DNA from: Longimicrobiales bacterium
GTDB taxonomy: Bacteria; Gemmatimonadota; Gemmatimonadetes; Longimicrobiales; Gaopeijiaceae
Length of the DNA stretch: 12,373 nt
Direction of reading: 5' to 3'
Assembly: GCA_965197725.1 (NCBI GenBank)
Contig: CBDANQ010000043.1
Coordinates: 1-12,373 of the forward strand
Below the pieces are notes generated by a model, which was not told the DNA's origin, searched no databases, and saw nothing but the letters and a program-made list of their open reading frames with translations. The position numbers and the translations under genes are program-made. How positions within the stretch are numbered: position 1 is the stretch's first letter; each line of letters opens with the position of its first letter. Positions 7,870 to 12,373 of this stretch are shown in pieces.

Positions 7870-8490
7870 CTACGCCTGTGGAGGAAAGCCCTCCAGGATC
7901 TTCCCCACCGCCTCGAATACATACTTGTCGACCTTCTCAGGCTTCGGCTCGTGAGCCAGCGCCTTGCTGGCCCAGCCTCGCCAGATGAGCTCGTTCTTGC
8001 TGCCGTCGATGATGTCCAAGATCAACGTGCCCTCGACGTACTCGCGCACGTAGTCCCGGGTTATGATTCCCGACCCCCCGTAACCGAAGTAGGACGGATA
8101 GCCGAAGCGACGATAGCCATAGTTGCGATAGCCGTAGTTGTTGTAGCCGTAGTTGTTGTAGCCGTACCGGTCGAGGGTCGCCGCATCGAGCCGTTCCTCC
8201 GCGACCACGTGGGCGGCAACCTTGAAGTCGGCATCACCCGAAGTCACTCTGCGAAACCCCATCGCATCCAGCTCGCGCTCGATGGCGGAGCGAATCCGTC
8301 GATCCACGAGGGGACTGCTCACGGCGGGATGCCCGGTCGATCTCTCTGCCTGCTCGATCAGGGTGTAGGTCTCAAGCTCCTCAAACGATACGTCCTGGTC
8401 GTAGTCCCTCTCGACCTGCATCGTGGCGCAGCCCGCCAATGCGAGAACCGCGATCGCGCCGAGGGAAGCTGTTGCTCTCCTTCTATACAT
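7870..8490 (-). CDS. DUF4136 family lipoprotein
   Basis: AGGAG RBS, then MYRRR-hydrophobic-LAGC lipobox, DYD, RIRSAIERELDAMGF, ADF, YVEGTLILDIID and LIWRG, ending ILEGFPP. Confidence 0.88.
   Translation of the reverse strand: MYRRRATASLGAIAVLALAGCATMQVERDYDQDVSFEELETYTLIEQAERSTGHPAVSSPLVDRRIRSAIERELDAMGFRRVTSGDADFKVAAHVVAEERLDAATLDRYGYNNYGYNNYGYRNYGYRRFGYPSYFGYGGSGIITRDYVREYVEGTLILDIIDGSKNELIWRGWASKALAHEPKPEKVDKYVFEAVGKILEGFPPQA
8099..8166. repeat. In-frame 15-bp tandem repeat (about 4.5 units) encoding YGYNN-YGYNN-YGYRN-YGYRR-FGY
   Basis: Plus-strand units TAGCCGAAGCGACGA, TAGCCATAGTTGCGA, TAGCCGTAGTTGTTG (twice, identical) and a partial TAGCCGTA. Confidence 0.9.
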
Positions 8491-8520
8491 TTTAGGACTC
8501 CTTTTCGTCGTCTGGTCAGA

Positions 8521-8545
8521 AACGCTAGGAAGCTCGGTAGTTTCC
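8521..8545 (-). promoter_or_regulatory. Candidate ECF-type promoter for the DUF4136 gene
   Basis: Minus strand GGAAAC-N15-CGTT, 30 nt upstream of the ATG and divergent from an ECF sigma gene. Resembles the generic AAC...CGT ECF consensus. Confidence 0.3.
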
Positions 8546-8620
8546 GTCGCGTGCCAGTGAGTGCACGAGGGTTGCGATCCATTACCTTGCTCACCCCCCG
8601 CACTCCAACTCCCTGACGCC

Positions 8621-9155
8621 ATGGGGCGGTACGACCTCAGCACCGGAGACCAGGATCCTTCGGGTCTCGCTGCCGCGATCCGCGAGCGCGACCCTGAAGC
8701 CGTTCAGGAAGTGGTGCATGCCTACCTACCGCAGATCCTCCGCGCCGCGGGAGGAGCGGGGCTGGAGGAGCAACTCGCCGAGGACGTGGTACAGTCGACG
8801 TTCCTCACCTTTCTGGAAACGGCGCACCGGTTCGAGGGGCGCTCGCGGGTGCGGACCTGGCTGTTCGGCATCCTTTACCGGAAGATTGCGGAGGCGAGGC
8901 GGAAAGCCGGCCGGGAAGAGGCGACGGAGGACATCGACGCCGTGTTCGAGCAGAAGTTCGACGCGGATGGCGCCTGGGTCCGACCCCCACCCCCTGTGGA
9001 CTCAGAGGTCTATGCGGCCGAGGTGCGACGGGAGATCGAGGGGTGCCTGGAGACCGTCCCGAGCAAACAGAGAATGGCCTTTGTGCTTCGTGAGGTCGAG
9101 GAGCTCGACAGCGCAGAGACCTGTAAGATTCTCGATGTCACGCCCACTAACCTAG
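8621..9155 (+). pseudogene. ECF RNA polymerase sigma-70 factor, 5' part, interrupted by an IS in region 4.2
   Basis: AEDVVQSTF, FEGRSRVRTWLFGIL (sigma2) and QRMAFVLREVEELDSAETCKILDVTPTNL (sigma4), then IS sequence. The chimeric ORF reads on to 9256. Confidence 0.93.
9152..9155. repeat. Target-site duplication CTAG (second copy at 10651-10654)
   Basis: CTAG directly flanks both IS ends. Removing the IS and one copy restores the sigma reading frame. Confidence 0.93.
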
Positions 9156-10573
9156 CAGTCCGTGGAAGAAATAGGTTCCCAGCGGATGATGGGTGGGAGA
9201 GAAGGCAGACACGCGGGGGCTGTGTTGTTGTGCAAGAAGCGGGTTTTGGGGTCTGACGAGGCGATATTCGGCCCAAGGAAGGCGAAATAGCGCCGAATAC
9301 GGCGGAAAAAGCGCGAGACGCGGGTTGTAACCTGAGTTGCGAGCGCAGCTTGTACGGTAGCGAGGCCCTGTAACGCACGGGGGGTTCCAACCCCGAACCG
9401 CTTGCGCATGAGAAGGCCGAGGTTGAAGGCCGCCGCGTGGATCAACATCCGTTTTCGAATCTCCTCCTGGCCCCGTATGTGGACGCGACGCAGCCCTCCG
9501 GTCACAAGCAAGTGCGCAAACCCCCGCTCCACCTTCTCGCCGCGCTGGCGCAGCAGCCGCATCCCCCGGTTGCCGCGGATCCGGCGGCGGTTGTCGTAGG
9601 TCGGCGTCTGCGCGTCCCGGTTGTTCTTCCATTTCCGGCGCCCGCGGTTGGGCTCGCTCACATAGCTGCGCAGCTCCCGCTCCTTCACGCCCGTCATGGT
9701 CTTGTTCGAGTGGTAGCCTTTGTCGGCCACCACTTCCTCGGGCTCTACCTGCACTACTTCCAGCTGCCGCTCTGCCTCGTCCAGCGTGTTGGGCAGCGAC
9801 GCCACATCTCCCCCGTCCATCGTCTGCACCGTCACCGCCACAAGCGCACCGGTCTCCATGTCGACCGCCTGCTCCAACTTGTGCGCCAGGCGCGTCCTGC
9901 CGTCCTTCATCTTCGTGATCCGCGCCTCCGGGTCGTGCGGATGCACCCAGTCCTTGTTCGAGCCCTTCTTCGGACGCTTCCGGTCCAGCGTCGTCAGATC
10001 CTTGCGCGTCGGCGTCTCGATCCCCGACGCCCGGGCCACCTGCTCCAGCCATTCATCGTAGCCCAACCCGTCGTCGCGCCGCACGATCGTGCGCATCGCC
10101 GCATTCGCCTCCAGCGTCGTCGAGTCGACGCCCAGCGTCTTGCCGCTCAGCAACCCCGACCCCTTCAGCAGCTCCAGCACCCGCCCGAACACCGCCGCGT
10201 GCGCTTCCACGCTCAGGCGCTTGCGCGTCTTCGACAGGGTCGAATGCTCCGGCGGGTTCTTCGCCCACCCGTATCCCAGAAACTCACGCAACGACAACGA
10301 GTCCCCACACCGCCAGGCAATGCCCCGCTCCGAGCCGATCCCTTCCAGGTAGCCCACCATCATCATTCGGAAATACACCCCGGGAGCAATCCCCGGCCGA
10401 CCCCGATTGTCCGCGTAGAACTCACGGCATGCCTCTTCCGCGAACTCGTCAAACCCGCTTTTCGCCAGAAGCTCGTTCAAGGCCCAGTAGAACGGGTTGT
10501 CCAAGGCCCGAATCTCGCTCGCCACCACGAACATCTCGCCCTGCCGAGCCTCGGGCCGCTTGCCTACCGCCAT
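9152..10573 (-). CDS. DDE transposase (IS1182/IS5-like; InsH/DUF772-type N-terminus plus DDE domain), 473 aa
   Basis: GAGGA RBS before ATG 10573. Motifs GRPGIAP, SERGIAWR, PEHSTLS, GVDSTTLEANA, DPEARI, VADKGY and RGEKVERGFA. The stop codon lies within the flanking CTAG. Confidence 0.92.
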   Translation of the reverse strand: MAVGKRPEARQGEMFVVASEIRALDNPFYWALNELLAKSGFDEFAEEACREFYADNRGRPGIAPGVYFRMMMVGYLEGIGSERGIAWRCGDSLSLREFLGYGWAKNPPEHSTLSKTRKRLSVEAHAAVFGRVLELLKGSGLLSGKTLGVDSTTLEANAAMRTIVRRDDGLGYDEWLEQVARASGIETPTRKDLTTLDRKRPKKGSNKDWVHPHDPEARITKMKDGRTRLAHKLEQAVDMETGALVAVTVQTMDGGDVASLPNTLDEAERQLEVVQVEPEEVVADKGYHSNKTMTGVKERELRSYVSEPNRGRRKWKNNRDAQTPTYDNRRRIRGNRGMRLLRQRGEKVERGFAHLLVTGGLRRVHIRGQEEIRKRMLIHAAAFNLGLLMRKRFGVGTPRALQGLATVQAALATQVTTRVSRFFRRIRRYFAFLGPNIASSDPKTRFLHNNTAPACLPSLPPIIRWEPISSTDC

Positions 10574-10650
10574 CGCCGTCCTCGCTGCAAAAACCCTCGT
10601 GTCCTCCTGATTTACCACAACAGCGATGACCGGACTTGATCCACGGTCTG
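9156..10650 (-). mobile_element. Insertion sequence, IS1182/IS5-like, 1495 bp
   Basis: Terminal inverted repeats CAGTCCGTGGA (9156-9166) and TCCACGGTCTG (10640-10650) match at 10 of 11 positions. 4-bp CTAG duplication; single DDE transposase. Confidence 0.93.
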
Positions 10651-10653
10651 CTA

Positions 10654-10713
10654 GGAGTGCTGCTGCACCGGGCTCGAACGCGGCTACGCGAGTGCCTGAA
10701 GACAAACGATTGA
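10654..10713 (+). pseudogene. ECF sigma factor, 3' part (end of the region 4 helix-turn-helix)
   Basis: GVLLHRARTRLRECLKTND-stop joins ...VTPTNL in frame to give a 197-aa sigma factor. Confidence 0.92.
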
Positions 10714-10723
10714 GGGGAAGGGC

Positions 10724-11020
10724 ATGAAGCACTGTCGAGACGTCATCTATCTCATCGCGAGCGACGGACTAGCGCACGCTAGTTGGTCCACGCGGCTGAT
10801 GACGCGTCTGCATCTCCTCTACTGTAAGCACTGCCGCCGGTATGCTACTCAGCTCGCGATGATCGGTCGTATCGGCCGAGAGGTGTTGAGCGCCGATTCA
10901 GTGAGCCAGGAGACGGTGCACCGGCTTGAGCGATCGATCATGGACCACGCGGCGGGCGGGTACGATGAGGGGCAGGAAGACGCGTCTGGCGCCGGCGGCG
11001 AGCCGACCCACTCGTCGTAG
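10724..11020 (+). CDS. Zinc-binding anti-sigma factor (zf-HC2 / ZAS), soluble
   Basis: N-terminal Cys plus HLLYCKHC (HxxxCxxC). Starts 10 nt after the sigma stop with a GAGGGG RBS; no TM helix. Confidence 0.88.
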   Translation: MKHCRDVIYLIASDGLAHASWSTRLMTRLHLLYCKHCRRYATQLAMIGRIGREVLSADSVSQETVHRLERSIMDHAAGGYDEGQEDASGAGGEPTHSS

Positions 11021-11055
11021 CACGCCACTCGAGCCGCCACACGGGGAACACCTCT

Positions 11056-11688
11056 TTGGAATACGTCGATGCCTTCCTCAGTAGGTACGGCTACTGGACG
11101 TTCTCCGCCGTGGGCTTCGCCGAGTTCGCCGGGGTGCCCATCCTCAGCGTGCCGGTGCTCATTGGCGGTGGGGCGATGGTCGCCTCTGGAACCCTCGGCT
11201 TTTGGGAGGTGATGCTGTCCGTGGCGGTAGGGGGCTTGCTTGCCGACCTCGGATGGTATGCAATAGGCCGTAGACAAGGCCCCTGGGTAATCGACGTGGC
11301 CTGTGGGCTTTCGTCCAACCCGATGGCGTGTGTCTTGACGGTAAAGAATCGGCTCTCTCGCTTGGGCACTCCCTACATCGTGCTTGCCAAGATGCTCCCC
11401 GGGGCAGGAAACCTCATCGCCGTGGCGGCGGGACTGGCCGGCTTCAGGACCGTTCCCTTCATCCTCGCCGACGGCGCCTCGCTGATCCTATGGGCGGCCA
11501 TCTACACGGGTACCGGTTGGATGCTTTCTGATCACGTGACGGCAGCGATCGAGTGGGCACTGACGTACAACCGGGTGGTGGTGGTGGTCCTGACGTTGAT
11601 CGTCCTCGCTGCAGCCTGGCGGCTATGGCAAGTGCGCTTCCACCAGAACACCGGCGTCCGCGTATTAGCTTCGATCAGTGGTCGCTAG
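11056..11688 (+). CDS. DedA / VTT-domain (SNARE-associated) membrane protein
   Basis: YGY...AEFAGVP, GGLLADLGWYAIGRRQG, AKMLPG, AGLAG and F--ADGAS-ILWA. TTG start after GGGGA; carries CGLSSNPMAC. Confidence 0.88.
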   Translation: MEYVDAFLSRYGYWTFSAVGFAEFAGVPILSVPVLIGGGAMVASGTLGFWEVMLSVAVGGLLADLGWYAIGRRQGPWVIDVACGLSSNPMACVLTVKNRLSRLGTPYIVLAKMLPGAGNLIAVAAGLAGFRTVPFILADGASLILWAAIYTGTGWMLSDHVTAAIEWALTYNRVVVVVLTLIVLAAAWRLWQVRFHQNTGVRVLASISGR

Positions 11689-11728
11689 GACGGGCCATGA
11701 AGACGCGCGGCCCGGGGGATCTGACGCG

Positions 11729-11854
11729 TCAGTTGGGCACCAGGCGCTTAAGCTCATCGAATCAGTTCAGGACGATGACGAACCTTCGGCTATCGCCGCT
11801 CAACGCGGGGCCCTGGTCCGCACGTCCCGTCAGGAACCGCTGATCGTCGGGCGA
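11729..11854 (-). pseudogene. C-terminal remnant of a TolB-like/PD40 beta-propeller protein (type usually fused to Ser/Thr kinases)
   Basis: Not in the ORF track. Reads SPDDQRFLTGRADQGPALSGDSRRFVIVLN*FDELKRLVPN*, matching the recalled SPDxQRFL...VVLNWFEELKRLVP terminus. The Trp codon is replaced by TGA at 11762-11764. Confidence 0.75.
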
Positions 11855-11859
11855 TCGGA

Positions 11860-11928
11860 GTGTGACCAGAGAAGTCGATGCACGGTTCTGGGAGCGCCTG
11901 GGGGTACCAGTCCCCCGAGTGACTCGAC
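11860..11928 (+). mobile_element. Group II intron 3' remnant (partial domain V, complete domain VI), no RT/maturase
   Basis: GTGTGACC-AGAGAA-GTCG-AT-GCACGGTTC-TGG-GAGCGCCTGGGGG-TACCAGT-CCCCCGAGTG-A-CTC-GAC. Shows the DV 3' arm, the DVI stem with a bulged A at 11922 (position -7) and terminal AC. The GAGCC 5' arm carrying the catalytic triad is absent. Confidence 0.75.
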
Positions 11929-12110
11929 ATGTGGTGCGCATCTCCGGCCTACCGATCCAAGTCCGATGTGTGAGGAAACCAGAGGTCTTGATGCGCGAAG
12001 ATCAGGTCATGGACGGCGAAGTGGTGGTGCCCCGCCGCGTGTCCGAAAAGCCCGATCCAGCTGTTTCCGGAAGCTCCAACGTGCGCCCCGAGGCCGGACG
12101 ATCATAAGCA

Positions 12111-12371
12111 TCAGCCATCCGCTGCCGGCTCGTAGGGGATGTCGAGGCCGGCCTTGCGGAGAAGGTCGTAATAAGCGGCGAGGAACGTTCGGTCTGTATT
12201 TGGCCAAACTCGCTCGAAGAACTCAGGAGAGCAATTCAGTTGCATCTCTAGCAACGTGTTCAGCGCTGCCCGCGCTTGTTCGGATTTCCCTTGTCCAGCT
12301 AGTGCCGCGGCCAAGTGCGCGTACGCCCAAAAACTGGCTCTCGGATGCCGTGACGCTCGCAGAGCGCACTC
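12111..12371 (-). CDS. C-terminal part of a TPR-repeat protein (adenylate cyclase / kinase-associated TolB-N-TPR type), 5' end outside the window
   Basis: Open to the window edge: ECALRASRHPRASFWAYAHLAAALAGQGKSEQARAAL...YYDLLRKAGLDIPYEP, i.e. a TPR helix pair and the common LRKAGL terminus. Confidence 0.75.
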   Translation of the reverse strand, partial: ECALRASRHPRASFWAYAHLAAALAGQGKSEQARAALNTLLEMQLNCSPEFFERVWPNTDRTFLAAYYDLLRKAGLDIPYEPAADG

Positions 12372-12373
12372 CT

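Noticed and set aside
8099..8166. Tandem repeat considered as a possible CRISPR array
   Set aside because: The 15-bp units have no spacers, lie in frame inside a CDS, and there are no cas genes.
7660..8616. Long ORFs such as 7660-8616 (+), 9437-10639 (+), 9147-10052 (-) and 5342-6052 (-)
   Set aside because: These are antisense or alternate-frame shadows of well-supported genes in GC-rich DNA, with no recognisable motifs.
10636..10665. Outward-facing TTGATC -35-like hexamer at the IS end that might drive the anti-sigma and dedA genes
   Set aside because: No plausible -10 hexamer lies 16-18 bp downstream in the flanking DNA.
10574..10732. 53-aa N-terminal extension of the transposase in the ORF track (526 aa)
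   Set aside because: It extends beyond the IS end at 10650 into antisense sigma sequence. ATG 10573 has an RBS and a family-like start.
11762..11764. TGA at a conserved Trp position, suggesting genetic code 4
   Set aside because: TGA is the normal stop for several genes here (ubiA, oxidoreductase, protease, sigma) and Trp is TGG elsewhere. A nonsense mutation in a remnant is the simpler explanation.
11834..11888. GAACC at 11834 could pair with GGTTC to complete intron domain V around an inserted hairpin
   Set aside because: Those bases are explained as the antisense of the QRFL codons of the propeller remnant, so the pairing is probably coincidental.
11862..12107. 81-aa ORF, and GTGCG motifs (11934, 12081) as possible group II intron 5' ends
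   Set aside because: The ORF overlaps the intron remnant and has no motifs. GTGCG is frequent in GC-rich DNA and no domain I structure is evident after either copy.

Overview
High-GC bacterial window, probably from a diderm lineage such as Gemmatimonadota or Acidobacteriota (inferred from protein styles only). Left to right it holds: the 3' end of an outer-membrane beta-barrel gene; an intact ubiA-dprE1-dprE2-like operon (polyprenyl-phospho-D-arabinofuranose donor synthesis); a VOC/glyoxalase gene; an ABC transporter operon collapsed by an internal deletion; a frameshifted MerA/RclA-like flavin disulfide reductase; a frameshifted FHA-TM-trypsin protease; and a DUF4136 lipoprotein with a 15-bp tandem repeat. 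Next comes an ECF sigma / zinc anti-sigma / DedA unit whose sigma gene is split by a 1495-bp IS1182/IS5-like element with a CTAG target duplication; the transposase takes its stop codon from that target. At the right end are a remnant of a beta-propeller (kinase-PD40-type) gene fused to a group II intron domain V/VI remnant, and the 3' end of a TPR protein gene. Much of 4.1-12 kb shows signs of decay, while the arabinose-donor operon is intact.
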